This document shows, piece after piece, positions 54,774 to 64,000 of a stretch of DNA of 64,000 nt (position 1 is its first letter; the number at the start of each line of letters is the position of its first letter). The stretch lies in contig JBASCW010000038.1 in the NCBI GenBank assembly GCA_049651845.1, positions 3,543 to 67,542 on the forward strand, given 5' to 3'. This stretch comes from Burkholderiales bacterium. GTDB taxonomy: Bacteria; Pseudomonadota; Gammaproteobacteria; Burkholderiales; SG8-39. A program made the position numbers and the translations under genes. The notes beneath the pieces were generated by a model. That model had not been told where the DNA came from and did not search any database. It was given only the letters and a program-made list of their open reading frames with translations.

Positions 54774-56633
54774 TCAGGCCGCCTCGCGCACGTACATTGC
54801 CTCGATGAGGTCCCGGTATTTGTCGTTGACGAGCTTGCGCTTGAGCTTCATGGTCGGGGTGAGCTCCTCGTCCTCGGCGGTGAGCTTCTGCTCGATGAGG
54901 CGGAACTTCTTCACCTGCTCGACGCGCGCGAACTGCTGGTTGACGCGGTCCACCTCGCCCTGGATCAGCGCCTGCACCTCCGGGCGCCGGCACAGGCTCG
55001 CGTAATTGGAGAACGGAATGGCGTTGTCCTGCGCGTATTTCTCGACGTTTTCGTGGTCGATCATCACCAGCGCCGTGAGATAGGGCCGCTTGTCGCCGAT
55101 CACCACCGCGTCGGTGATGTAAGGCGAGAACTTGAGCTGGTTCTCGAATTCCGAGGGCGTGATGTTCTTGCCGCCTGCGGTGATGATGATGTCCTTCATG
55201 CGGTCGGTGATGTAGAAGTAGCCCTCCGCGTCCACCTTGCCGACATCGCCCGTGTGCAGCCAGCCGTCCTTGAGAGTCTCGGCGGTCTTCTCGGGCTGGT
55301 TCAGGTAGCCCATGAACACGGTCTTGCCGCGCACCAGCAGCTCGCCCTCGGGCGAGACTTTCACCTCGGCGTGCGACATCTGCGGCCCGATCGAACCCGG
55401 CTTGACCGCGCCGCCGAGGTTCGAGGTCACCGCGCCGCAGGACTCGGTCTGCCCCCAGACCTCGATCATCTCCAGGCCGAGCGCCATGTACCAGCGCACA
55501 AGGTCCGGCGAGATGGGCGCCGCGCCGGTGATCAGGAACTTGGCGCGGTGCGCGCCCATCAGCCTTCTCACGTTGTTCAGCACCAGCAGCCGCGCCAGCC
55601 AGAACGCGAGGCGCAGGCCGGCGGGCACGGGCTTGCGCTGCTCGCGCAGCTTCGCCTGGCGAAAGCCGATGCCGATGGCGACCTTGTAGGCCCATTGCTG
55701 CAGGCGTCCGGCCTCCTTGAGCCCGATCAGCACGCCCGAATAGAACTTCTCCCAGACTCGCGGCACCGCGGTGAAGATGGTGGGCGAGATCTCGCGCACG
55801 TTCTCGGGCACGGTCTCCGGGTTCTCTACGAAATTCAGCACCGCGCCCGAATACAGCGCGTGGTACTCGCCGCCGATACGCTCGGCAATGTGGCACAGCG
55901 GCAGGAAGGCCATGCGCTCGTCGCTGGCGGACTGCGGAAACGCGGCCTGGTAGGCGGCGCAGGTGAGCACGATGTTCTCGTGCGAGATCATCGCCCCCTT
56001 CGGCTTGCCGGTGGTGCCCGAGGTGTAGACCAGGATCGCCAGGTCGCCGGGCTTGCGCAGGCCGATGCGCCGCTCCCATTCGCCCGGGTGCGCGGCGTCG
56101 TACTCGCGCCCGAGCGCGCGCAACTGCTCCAGGGCCATGACCTGCGGGTCGCTCAGCTCGTACAGGCCTTCCATGTCGAAGACGAAGATCCTGCGCAGAC
56201 CGGGCAGGCGCGCGCGCACTTCGAGGACCTTGTCGAGCTGCTCCTCGTCCTCCACGAAGGCGTAGACCGACGCCGAATCGGCGAGCAGGTACTCGACCTG
56301 CGCCGGCGCGTCGGTCGGGTAGATGCCGTTCACCACGCCCGCGGCGCCGAGCGCGCCCAGGTCCGACCACATCCATTCCTTGTTGGTGTTCGAGAGGATC
56401 GACACCACCTCGCCGGGCGCGTAGCCCAGCGACGCGAGGCCCATGCCGACCTCGCGCACCGTCTGCCCGAGCGTCCGCCAGCTGACCGGTCGCCAGATGC
56501 CGAGCTCCTTCTGACGGTAGATGGTCTGCTCGCCGCGCGTGCGCACGCCGTGCCAGAACATGGCCGGAATGGTGTTCATCGCCGACGCGTCCATCGTCAA
56601 CCTGTCTAACGCCACTGCTTCTTCTTTTTCCAT
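54774..56633 (-). CDS. Long-chain-fatty-acid--CoA ligase (AMP-dependent synthetase)
   Basis: 619 aa with the AMP-binding motif YTSGTTGKPKG, plus GWLHTGD. Confidence 0.9.
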   Translation of the reverse strand: MEKEEAVALDRLTMDASAMNTIPAMFWHGVRTRGEQTIYRQKELGIWRPVSWRTLGQTVREVGMGLASLGYAPGEVVSILSNTNKEWMWSDLGALGAAGVVNGIYPTDAPAQVEYLLADSASVYAFVEDEEQLDKVLEVRARLPGLRRIFVFDMEGLYELSDPQVMALEQLRALGREYDAAHPGEWERRIGLRKPGDLAILVYTSGTTGKPKGAMISHENIVLTCAAYQAAFPQSASDERMAFLPLCHIAERIGGEYHALYSGAVLNFVENPETVPENVREISPTIFTAVPRVWEKFYSGVLIGLKEAGRLQQWAYKVAIGIGFRQAKLREQRKPVPAGLRLAFWLARLLVLNNVRRLMGAHRAKFLITGAAPISPDLVRWYMALGLEMIEVWGQTESCGAVTSNLGGAVKPGSIGPQMSHAEVKVSPEGELLVRGKTVFMGYLNQPEKTAETLKDGWLHTGDVGKVDAEGYFYITDRMKDIIITAGGKNITPSEFENQLKFSPYITDAVVIGDKRPYLTALVMIDHENVEKYAQDNAIPFSNYASLCRRPEVQALIQGEVDRVNQQFARVEQVKKFRLIEQKLTAEDEELTPTMKLKRKLVNDKYRDLIEAMYVREAA

Positions 56634-57379
56634 CTGCGCTGGCCTCTCACGCCCTGGGCCTTCATGCCGAGGTAGAACTCCTGCACGTCTTCCTTCTCGA
56701 GCAACGCCTTGCAGGTATCTTCCATCACGATGCGGCCGACTTCAAGCACGTAGCCGTAGTCGGCGAGCTCGAGCGCCATGTTGGCGTTCTGCTCCACCAG
56801 CAGGATCGTGGTGCCCTGCTCTCTGTTGATGCGCCCGATGATGCGGAAGATCTCCTGCGTGAGCAGCGGCGACAGGCCCAGGCTCGGCTCGTCCATGAGC
56901 ATCAGCTTCGGGCGCGACAGCAACGCGCGGCCGATCGCGAGCATCTGCTGCTGGCCGCCCGAAAGCAGGCCCGCCTCTTGGCGGTGGCGCTCGCGCAAGA
57001 TCGGGAAGTAGGCGTAGACCATCTCCAGGTCGCTGGCGACTCCGGCCGAGTCGTGGCGCGTGTAGGCGCCCATGCGCAGGTTCTCGTCGACAGTGAGCAG
57101 CGGGAACACCTCGCGCCCCTCGGGCACGTGGCCGATGCCGCGGCGCACGATCCAGGCCGGGTCGCGCCGCTGGATCTCCTCGCCGTCGAAGCGGATCTGG
57201 CCCTTGCTCGGGTCGATGATCCCCGAGACCGTCTTGAGGATCGTGGACTTGCCGGCGCCGTTGGCGCCGAGCACCGTGACGATCTTGCCCTTGGGCACCT
57301 GCAGCGAGACGCCCCGCAAGGCCTGCACCGGACCGTAGCTCGCTTCCACATTGGCAAGCTCGAGGATGACCTCGCTCAT
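56606..57379 (-). CDS. livF: Branched-chain-amino-acid-type ABC transporter ATP-binding protein (LivF-like)
   Basis: 257 aa with Walker A (GANGAGKST) and the signature motif LSGGQQQ. Confidence 0.85.
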   Translation of the reverse strand: MSEVILELANVEASYGPVQALRGVSLQVPKGKIVTVLGANGAGKSTILKTVSGIIDPSKGQIRFDGEEIQRRDPAWIVRRGIGHVPEGREVFPLLTVDENLRMGAYTRHDSAGVASDLEMVYAYFPILRERHRQEAGLLSGGQQQMLAIGRALLSRPKLMLMDEPSLGLSPLLTQEIFRIIGRINREQGTTILLVEQNANMALELADYGYVLEVGRIVMEDTCKALLEKEDVQEFYLGMKAQGVRGQRRWKKKKQWR

Positions 57380-58140
57380 GCTGCTTTGCCCAGGTAGGCT
57401 TCAATCACGGCGGCATTCGCCTGCACTTGCGCGGGCGTGCCCTCGGCGATCGCCACTCCCATGTTGAGCGCGAGCACGCGGTCCGAGACGCGCGACACCA
57501 GGTTCATGTCGTGCTCGACCATCAGCACCGTGACGCCGAGGTGGCGCTTGATGTCCTCGATCCAGAACGCCATGTCGTCGGTCTCCTCCGGGTTGAGGCC
57601 CGAGGACGGCTCGTCGAGCAGCAGCAGGCGCGGCTCGGTGGCGAGCGCGCGCCCGAGCTCGACCACCTTGCGCACGCCGTAGGGCAGCCCGGCCACCAGG
57701 CTGTCGCGGACCTTCGCGAGGCCGAGGAAGTCGATCACCTTCTCCACGGCCTCGCGCTGCGCGAGCTCGGCGCGCCGCACCGAGGGCAGGAACAGCAGCT
57801 CCTGCCAGAGCGCGGTGCGGCGGTGGCGGTGGCGGCCGATCAGCAGGTTCTGCAGCACGGTCGCGTGCTCGAACAGCTCGATGTTCTGGAAGGTGCGTGC
57901 GATGCCGAGGTCGGCGACCTGGTGCGGCGCCATGCCGGTCAGCTCCGCGTCCTCGAAGTAGATCTTGCCGGAGGTCGGTGCGTAGATCAGGCCGATCAGG
58001 TTGAAGATGGTGGTCTTGCCGGCGCCGTTCGGGCCGATGATGGTGAACACCTGGCCGCGCGGCACCTCGAACGAGACCTTGTCCACCGCAACCACGCCGC
58101 CGAAGCGGATGCCGAGGTTCTCGACCTTGAAGAAGCTCAT
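57376..58140 (-). CDS. livG: ABC transporter ATP-binding protein (LivG-like)
   Basis: 254 aa with Walker A (GPNGAGKTT) and a 4-nt overlap with livF. Confidence 0.85.
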   Translation of the reverse strand: MSFFKVENLGIRFGGVVAVDKVSFEVPRGQVFTIIGPNGAGKTTIFNLIGLIYAPTSGKIYFEDAELTGMAPHQVADLGIARTFQNIELFEHATVLQNLLIGRHRHRRTALWQELLFLPSVRRAELAQREAVEKVIDFLGLAKVRDSLVAGLPYGVRKVVELGRALATEPRLLLLDEPSSGLNPEETDDMAFWIEDIKRHLGVTVLMVEHDMNLVSRVSDRVLALNMGVAIAEGTPAQVQANAAVIEAYLGKAA

Positions 58141-58147
58141 GCGGCTT

Positions 58148-59221
58148 TCACCTCAGGCGCTCCGACTTCATGTAGCTCTTCTGGCGCCGGAACATGCCGC
58201 GGCGATAGAACGGAAACAGCTCGAGCCAGGTGCGGATCTTCAGCCAACGCCCGTACAGCCCGAGCGGCTCGAAGACGATGAACACGATCAGCACCACGCC
58301 GAACACCACCGCCTGCAGCCCGGTGCCGCCGACGTCGGCGGGCAGATAGTCCTTGGCGAGCGAGATCAGCTGCGGCAGCACGATCAGGAACGCCGCGCCC
58401 AGCACCGCGCCGTGCACGAAGCCCACGCCGCCGAGGATCACGATCGTCACCAGCTCGATCGACTGCAGCAGCGTGAACTGCTCGGGCGAGATGAAGCTCA
58501 CCTTGTGCGCGTAGAGCGCGCCGGCGATGCCCGTGAGCGCCGCCGACAGCGCGAAGGACAGCGTCTTGTAGGTAGCGAGGTTGACGCCCATGCAGGAGGC
58601 GGAGATCTCCGAGTCGCGGATCGCGACGAAGGCACGCCCCGTGGGCGAGCGCAGCAGGTTCATGACCGCGAGGATCGAGAGCGCGGTGAGCCCCAGGCAC
58701 AGGTAGTAGAAGCTGGTGTCGCCGTCGAGCCTGTAGCCTGCGAGCTCGATGGGCTTCAGGTGCAGGCCGGAATTGCCGCCCGTGAGCCCTTCCCAGCGCG
58801 TGATCGCCTCCTCGACGATCACATTGAAGGCGAGCGTGGCGATCGCCAGGTAGATGCCCTTCAGACGCAGCGCGGGCAGGCCCACCACCCAGCCGAACGC
58901 CGCCGACAGCAGGGCCGCGGCCGGAAGCGAGACCGCGAAAGGAACGCCGCGCGCCTGCAGCAGCGCCTCGGTATAGGCGCCGATGGCGAGAAAGGCTGCG
59001 TGGCCGAGCGAGATCTGCCCGGTGAAACCCACCAGCAGCATCAGGCCCAGGCCGACGATCGAGTAGATGCAGATGAACTGCAGCTGCGACATCAGGTACT
59101 CGCCCGCCATGAACGGCGCGGCCACGAGCAGCAGCACCAGCAGCCCGTACCAGAACACCTGGCCGCCGTGCTTGAACAGGCGGATGTCCTGCGCGTAATC
59201 GGTCTTGAAGAGAAACCTCAT
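58148..59221 (-). CDS. livM: Branched-chain amino acid ABC transporter permease (LivM-like)
   Basis: 357-aa polytopic permease that abuts the livH stop. Confidence 0.85.
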   Translation of the reverse strand: MRFLFKTDYAQDIRLFKHGGQVFWYGLLVLLLVAAPFMAGEYLMSQLQFICIYSIVGLGLMLLVGFTGQISLGHAAFLAIGAYTEALLQARGVPFAVSLPAAALLSAAFGWVVGLPALRLKGIYLAIATLAFNVIVEEAITRWEGLTGGNSGLHLKPIELAGYRLDGDTSFYYLCLGLTALSILAVMNLLRSPTGRAFVAIRDSEISASCMGVNLATYKTLSFALSAALTGIAGALYAHKVSFISPEQFTLLQSIELVTIVILGGVGFVHGAVLGAAFLIVLPQLISLAKDYLPADVGGTGLQAVVFGVVLIVFIVFEPLGLYGRWLKIRTWLELFPFYRRGMFRRQKSYMKSERLR

Positions 59222-60100
59222 CTACACTTTCTTGCGCGCGGTTTCGCCGAAGATGCCCGAGGGCCGCACCAGCAGCACCGCGAGCACGACGACGTAGGCG
59301 GCCACGTCCTTGAAGCCCTCGGGCAAATAGCGCCCCGCGAAGGCCTCGACCACGCCGATGATCAGGCCGCCGACGATCGCCCCCGGCACGCTGCCGAAGC
59401 CGCCCACCACCGCCGCCGGAAAGGCCTTGAGGCCGATGAACCCCATGTTGGAATGCACGAAGGTCACCGGCGCGAGCAGGATGCCGGCGAACGCCGCGAC
59501 GCCGGCCGACAGGCCCCAGATCATCATGTTGACGCGGCGCACCGGGATGCCCATGTAGGCGGCGGCGAGCTGGTTCTGCGAGGTCGCCTGCATGGCGACG
59601 CCGAGCCTGGAGAAGCGGAAGAAGAGGTACAGCACCGCGACCAGCGCCGCGGTCATGACGATCACCGCCACCTGCTGCACGGCGAAGATCACCTCGCCGA
59701 GCTTGAACGTGGCATCGGCAAAGGGCGTCGGGAAGGTATAGGTGTCGCTGCCCCAGCCCGGCACCATGGTGACCAGGCCGCGCAGCACGTAGCCCACGCC
59801 GATGGTGATCATCACCACGGTGAACGCCGGCTGGCCGAGCACCGGTCGCAGCACGATGCGCTCGATCAGCATGCCCACGGCAGCCATCGCCGCCACCGCG
59901 AACAGGATCGTCGCCCAGTACGGCCAGCCCACGATCACGCTCGCGGTGAGCGCGAAAAAGCCGCCCAGCATCATGAGGTCGCCCTGCGCGAAATTGACCG
60001 TCTCGGTGGCCTTGTAGATGAGCACGAAGCCGAGCGCGACGAGCGCATACACGCAGCCTTGTGCCACGCCTGCAAGCAGCAGTTGCAAAACCTGATTCAG
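59222..60100 (-). CDS. livH: Branched-chain amino acid ABC transporter permease (LivH-like)
   Basis: The track start at 60139 is a TTG touching the divergent gene. The SD GGGAGGAG (about 60106-60113) sits 5 nt upstream of an in-frame CTG at 60100. Starting there gives the family-typical N-terminus (M)NQVLQLLLAGVAQG. The start is non-canonical and uncertain. Confidence 0.8.
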   Translation of the reverse strand: MNQVLQLLLAGVAQGCVYALVALGFVLIYKATETVNFAQGDLMMLGGFFALTASVIVGWPYWATILFAVAAMAAVGMLIERIVLRPVLGQPAFTVVMITIGVGYVLRGLVTMVPGWGSDTYTFPTPFADATFKLGEVIFAVQQVAVIVMTAALVAVLYLFFRFSRLGVAMQATSQNQLAAAYMGIPVRRVNMMIWGLSAGVAAFAGILLAPVTFVHSNMGFIGLKAFPAAVVGGFGSVPGAIVGGLIIGVVEAFAGRYLPEGFKDVAAYVVVLAVLLVRPSGIFGETARKKV

Positions 60101-60138
60101 CGGAACTCCTCCCGGAAAGAATTGTAGACTAGGCCGCA

Positions 60139-61521
60139 ATGAAAACCGTCCGCGTCGGCGCCGGCCTGGGCTTCTACGGCGATTCCTGGCGGCCGGTGCG
60201 CGCCTCGATCGAGCGCGGCGGCGTGCAGTACATCGCCTCCGACCATCTCTCGGAGCTCACGCTCGCGATCCTGCAGAAGGACCGCCAACGGGACAAGCCC
60301 GGCGACCCGCCCTCGGGCTACGCGCGCGACGCAGTGCCGATGCTGGCCGAGCTGTGGCCGCTCGCCGCCAAGCGCGGCGTGAAGTTCGTGCTGAACGCGG
60401 GCGGCCTGAACCCCGAGGGCGCGCGCTTGGCGATCGCCAGGACCTTCCGCGACAAGGGATGGCGGGCGAAGATCGCCACGGTGAGCGGGGATTCCGTGCT
60501 CGAGCGCATCGACGAGCTGCGCGCGGCGGGCGAGGCGCTCGCGCACATGGACACGGGCGCCGACATCGCCGGCGTGCGCGAGCGCATGCTGTTCGCGAGC
60601 GCCTACCTCGGCGCGCAGCCGATCGCCGAGGCGCTCGCGCAGGGCGCCGACATCGTGCTCACCGGGCGCGTCGCCGACGCGGCGCTCACGCTCGGGCCGC
60701 TCGCGCACGAGTTCGGCTGGCGATGGGACGACTGGGACCGCCTCGCCGCGGGCCTCACGCTCGGCCACCTGCTCGAGTGCTCGGGCCAGGGCTCGGGCGG
60801 CAACTTCGGCTCGGCGGGCGAATGGGCCAAGGTGCCCGACTACGCGCACCTCGGCTACCCGATCGCCGAAGTGTCCGCCGACGGCAGCGCGCTCTTCACC
60901 AAGCCCCCTGGCACGGGCGGCCGAGTGTCTTTCGACACCGTGCGCCAGCAACTGCTCTACGAAGTGCACAACCCGCACGCCTACTACTCGCCCGACGTGG
61001 TGCTCGACATGGGCACGCTGGAATTCGACGACCAGGGCAACGACCGCGTGCGCATCTCGGGCGCCTCGGGCGCGCCGCGCCCGCAGACGCTCAAGATCGT
61101 CGCCGGCTACCACGACGGCTGGATGGGGACCGGCATGATCGGCTTCGCCTGGCCCGAGGCCTACGCCAAGTGCGAGAAAAGCGCCGAGATCATCCGCACG
61201 CTCGTCGCCGAGCGCGGCTGGCCGGTCGAGGACACCAACGTCGAGTACATCGGCTACAACTCGCTGCTCGGCGCCAACGCCGACCCGACCTACCGCGACC
61301 AGCTGAATGAATGTTTCCTGCGCATGACCATCCGCACCAAGGACAAGAAAGTGGCGGATGCGTTCGGGCGCCTGTTTCCCTGGCTTGGCCTCTCCGGCCC
61401 GCCCTATGTGGGAAGCATGAAGGGCGTTCAGCCGGCAAAGGAACTTCTGGGAATCTGGCCGACGCTGGTTTCCAGGGAGCTCGTGGAGAAGAACACCAGG
61501 ATCGAAGTCGAGAACATCTAG
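60139..61521 (+). CDS. atuA: Acyclic terpene utilisation AtuA-family protein (DUF1446)
   Basis: 460 aa with the family-typical N-terminus (VRVGAGLGFYGD) and the motif LLECSGQGSGGNF. Confidence 0.8.
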   Translation: MKTVRVGAGLGFYGDSWRPVRASIERGGVQYIASDHLSELTLAILQKDRQRDKPGDPPSGYARDAVPMLAELWPLAAKRGVKFVLNAGGLNPEGARLAIARTFRDKGWRAKIATVSGDSVLERIDELRAAGEALAHMDTGADIAGVRERMLFASAYLGAQPIAEALAQGADIVLTGRVADAALTLGPLAHEFGWRWDDWDRLAAGLTLGHLLECSGQGSGGNFGSAGEWAKVPDYAHLGYPIAEVSADGSALFTKPPGTGGRVSFDTVRQQLLYEVHNPHAYYSPDVVLDMGTLEFDDQGNDRVRISGASGAPRPQTLKIVAGYHDGWMGTGMIGFAWPEAYAKCEKSAEIIRTLVAERGWPVEDTNVEYIGYNSLLGANADPTYRDQLNECFLRMTIRTKDKKVADAFGRLFPWLGLSGPPYVGSMKGVQPAKELLGIWPTLVSRELVEKNTRIEVENI

Positions 61522-61872
61522 ATGAAAGTAGCCCTCTGGAAGATTGCCCATGCGCGTTCGGGCGACAAGGCCGACCGCGCGGACATCGGGCTGTTCGCGT
61601 TCGACGCGCCGAGCTACGCGGTGCTCAGGCGCGAGGTCACGCCGCAGCGGCTGGCGGCGCACTTCGCGGGCTTGCATTCGGGGCCGATCGAGCTCTGGCC
61701 GCTCGACAACCTTCTCGCGCTGAAGATCGTGCTCAACGAAGCGCTGCAGGGAGGCGCCGCGCGCAGCCTGCGCATGGACAACCTCGGCAAGAACGTCGCC
61801 GCACAGCTGCTGCGCATGGAAATCGACGCCCCGGCGGACCTGCCCCGATTGAGAGGTAAGATCGCCTCATGA
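61522..61872 (+). CDS. Small AtuA-associated protein (conserved partner of DUF1446 proteins)
   Basis: 116 aa. It starts the base after the atuA stop and contains IAHARSGDKADRADIGLF. Confidence 0.6.
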   Translation: MKVALWKIAHARSGDKADRADIGLFAFDAPSYAVLRREVTPQRLAAHFAGLHSGPIELWPLDNLLALKIVLNEALQGGAARSLRMDNLGKNVAAQLLRMEIDAPADLPRLRGKIAS

Positions 61873-62375
61873 AGGACGCCACGCGCTCGCGCCTCCTGCT
61901 CGCGGCGCCCGCGCTCGCCTGCGCCGCGCTGCTCGGCTTCGGCTACTACCTGCAGTATTTCGACGGCCAGGATCCTTGCCCGCTGTGCCTCGTGCAGCGC
62001 GGCTTCTACTACGGGGTGCTCGTGGTGTTCGCGCTCGCAGCGCTGCATCTGCCCGGCCGCCGCGGCAATTGGGCGTACTGCGGCGCCGCAACCGTGCTCG
62101 CGCTCGGCGGCTTCGGCGTGGCCGCGCGCCAGGTCTGGCTGCAGCATCTGCCGCCGGATCGGGTACCTGCCTGCGGCCCGGACCTGTTCTTCATGATCGA
62201 GAACTTTCCCCTGTCGAGCACGCTGCGAAAGCTGTTCCTGGGCTCCGGCCAATGCGCGGAGGTACACTGGAGATTCCTCGGCCTTTCGATCGCCGAGTGG
62301 TCGCTTGCCTGCTTCGCCGCCCTGGCGCTGTACGCGCTCTGGCTGGCGCTGCGGCGCACGCGGGTCGAGCGCTAG
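61869..62375 (+). CDS. dsbB: Disulfide bond formation protein B
   Basis: 168 aa with 4 TM helices, a CPLC motif and a second periplasmic Cys pair. It has an ATGA overlap with the upstream gene. Confidence 0.85.
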   Translation: MKDATRSRLLLAAPALACAALLGFGYYLQYFDGQDPCPLCLVQRGFYYGVLVVFALAALHLPGRRGNWAYCGAATVLALGGFGVAARQVWLQHLPPDRVPACGPDLFFMIENFPLSSTLRKLFLGSGQCAEVHWRFLGLSIAEWSLACFAALALYALWLALRRTRVER

Positions 62376-62403
62376 CGTTCAACCTCTCAGGGGAGGAAAG
62401 AAC

Positions 62404-63858
62404 ATGGACTTCTCGGTTCTCGCAACCTCGATGCAGACCACGCTGGGCGGGCAGCTGCCCGCGATCTTCCTGGCGCTCGTGATCATCGCCGTAGGCTGGC
62501 TGACGGCGGTGCTGCTGCGCGCCGGCGCGCGGCGCCTGCTCGCGATGCTCCACGTCGACAAGCGCATCGAGGAAAGCACCGGCCAGAAGGTCGCGGTCGA
62601 ATCGGGCATCGCGATCGGCGTGTTCTGGCTCGTGATCCTGGTGACGGTGGTCGGCGTCTTCAACTCGCTGCACCTGGACCGCATCTCCGAGCCGTTCGCT
62701 CAGCTCGTGACGCAGATCATCGGCTATGCGCCGCGCCTGATCGCGGGCACCGTGCTCACGCTCGTCGCCTGGGTGATCGCGACGCTGATCCAGGCGATCA
62801 TCAGCCGCGCGCTGCAGGCGAGCAAGCTGGGCGCAACGCTGTCGCGCGAAGCCGGCATGGAACCGATGGGCAAGACCGTGTCGAACGTGCTGTTCTGGCT
62901 GGTGATCCTGCTGTTCGTGCCGAGCATCCTCGGCGCGTTCGACCTGCGCCCGCTGCTCGAGCCCGTCCAGGGCATGCTCGCCAAGCTGCTCGACATGGTG
63001 CCGAACCTGTTCGGCGCCGCGGTAATCGGCTTCGTGGGCTGGCTGGTGGCCAAGGTGCTGAGCGGCCTCGTAACCAACCTGCTCGGGGCCGCGGGCGCCG
63101 ACAAGATGGGCAGCCAGATCGGCCTCGCCGAGGCGGTCAAGCTCTCGCGCCTCGCCGGCACCATCGTCTTCATCCTGGTGTTCGTGCCCACGCTGATCGC
63201 GGCGCTCGACGCGCTCAAGGTCGAGGCCATCTCCAGGCCCGCCACCGACATGCTCGAGCGGCTGCTCGCCGCGGTGCCGAACCTGGTGGCGGCGGCGCTG
63301 ATCCTGGTGGTGACCTGGTACGTGGCCAGGTTCGCCGCCGACGTGCTGTCGCGGCTGCTCGCGGGCATGGGCCTGGACACGGTGCCCGAGAAGATCGGCA
63401 TGGCGAGCGCCTTCGCGGGCCCGCTCAAGCCCTCGGGCCTGGTGCGCATGCTCACGCTCTTCTTCGCGATGTTGTTCGCGACGGTGGAGGCGTCGCACCG
63501 CCTGGACTTCACGCAGGTGCGCGACCTGGTCTCGATGTTCATCAAGTTCGGCGGCGAGGTGCTGCTCGGCGGCGCGATCCTCGTGATCGGCTTCTGGCTC
63601 GCCAACCTCGCCCACAACGCGATCGGCCGCGCGAGCGAGCGCACCGCGCTCGCGCGCCTCGCGCGCCTGGCGATCCTGGGCCTGGTGATCGCGATGGGCC
63701 TGCGCGCGATGGGCATCGCAGACGACATCGTCAACCTCGCCTTCGGCCTCACGCTGGGCTCGGTGGCGGTCGCCTTCGCGCTCGCCTTCGGCCTGGGCGG
63801 CCGCGAAGCGGCCGGCAAGCAGATGGAGTACTGGCTCTCGCAGTTCAGGAAGGACTGA
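62404..63858 (+). CDS. Membrane protein with repeated 'conserved TM helix' units (mechanosensitive-channel-related family)
   Basis: 484 aa from the ATG at 62404, preceded by the SD GGGGAGGAA. It has repeated units of the type P.L..A..IL.VGW..A. Confidence 0.65.
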   Translation: MDFSVLATSMQTTLGGQLPAIFLALVIIAVGWLTAVLLRAGARRLLAMLHVDKRIEESTGQKVAVESGIAIGVFWLVILVTVVGVFNSLHLDRISEPFAQLVTQIIGYAPRLIAGTVLTLVAWVIATLIQAIISRALQASKLGATLSREAGMEPMGKTVSNVLFWLVILLFVPSILGAFDLRPLLEPVQGMLAKLLDMVPNLFGAAVIGFVGWLVAKVLSGLVTNLLGAAGADKMGSQIGLAEAVKLSRLAGTIVFILVFVPTLIAALDALKVEAISRPATDMLERLLAAVPNLVAAALILVVTWYVARFAADVLSRLLAGMGLDTVPEKIGMASAFAGPLKPSGLVRMLTLFFAMLFATVEASHRLDFTQVRDLVSMFIKFGGEVLLGGAILVIGFWLANLAHNAIGRASERTALARLARLAILGLVIAMGLRAMGIADDIVNLAFGLTLGSVAVAFALAFGLGGREAAGKQMEYWLSQFRKD

Positions 63859-63860
63859 CC

Positions 63861-63887
63861 GGAAAAGGGGGTCAGACCCCCTTTTCC
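63861..63887. terminator. Bidirectional rho-independent terminator
   Basis: GGAAAAGGGGG-tcaga-CCCCCTTTTCC, with an A-tract, a GC stem and a T-tract. It lies between two convergent reading frames. Confidence 0.75.
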
Positions 63888-63902
63888 GCTACCTTCCGCC
63901 GG

Positions 63903-64000
63903 TCAACCGGGCGAATGCCCGGCGCGCCTGCGAAACAGCGGCAGCGGCTGCGCGGCGCTCGCCTGGTAGGCTTCACTGAAATCGTCGAGGCCCTTCAAGG
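63903..64000 (-). CDS. 3' end of an unidentified gene running in from the right window edge
   Basis: An open frame with high third-position GC, ending at TGA (63903-63905) just before the terminator. Only 32 codons are visible, so no family call is possible. Confidence 0.3.
   Translation of the reverse strand, partial: LKGLDDFSEAYQASAAQPLPLFRRRAGHSPG

Noticed and set aside
53169-56609. 1146-aa ORF on the plus strand.
   Set aside because: It is antisense to the methyltransferase, substrate-binding protein and acyl-CoA ligase genes. It is the same kind of artefact.

Overview
This is a very GC-rich bacterial chromosomal window. The two Bug/TctC-type binding proteins, the gene content and the codon bias suggest a Burkholderiales-like betaproteobacterium; this is inference only. 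I recognised no rRNA, tRNA, CRISPR array, transposase or integrase. Positions 24-17503 hold a near-complete MSHA-type type IV pilus locus with an unusual layout. On the minus strand it runs mshE-G-F-B-A, then a TfpO/PglL-like O-antigen-ligase/TPR gene, then mshC-D-O-P. A 1302-aa mshQ-like gene is inverted relative to this block, and a split mshI plus mshJ-K-L follows. The left window edge cuts off whatever lies beyond mshL. The rest of the window is mostly metabolism and transport. It contains a LysR regulator with an indolepyruvate:ferredoxin-oxidoreductase-family gene, YhhQ, a CMD-family protein and a P450. A DAHP synthase is translationally coupled to a flavin monooxygenase. Two Bug binding proteins precede hppD-hmgA-fahA (homogentisate pathway), followed by a beta-oxidation block. 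A His-rich membrane/2Fe-2S protein is coupled to an MscS-like channel. Further along are an M20 amidohydrolase, an EamA transporter, an atu/liu-like acyl-CoA carboxylase cluster, an orphan TIGR04325-like methyltransferase and a Liv-type ABC transporter with an acyl-CoA ligase. The window ends with an AtuA pair, DsbB and a TM-helix-repeat channel-like protein. Most very long ORFs in the supplied track are antisense or alternative-frame artefacts of high GC, and several real genes are N-terminally over-extended there. I re-derived their starts from start/stop overlaps and family-typical N-termini. The observations most worth follow-up are the pilin-glycosylation-type ligase inside the MSHA operon, the tandemly duplicated N-terminal module of the MshQ-like protein, the 2Fe-2S membrane protein/MscS pair, a 27-bp perfect inverted repeat at 23069-23155, and apparent leaderless divergent promoters. 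All family assignments come from reading the translations. No database search was run.
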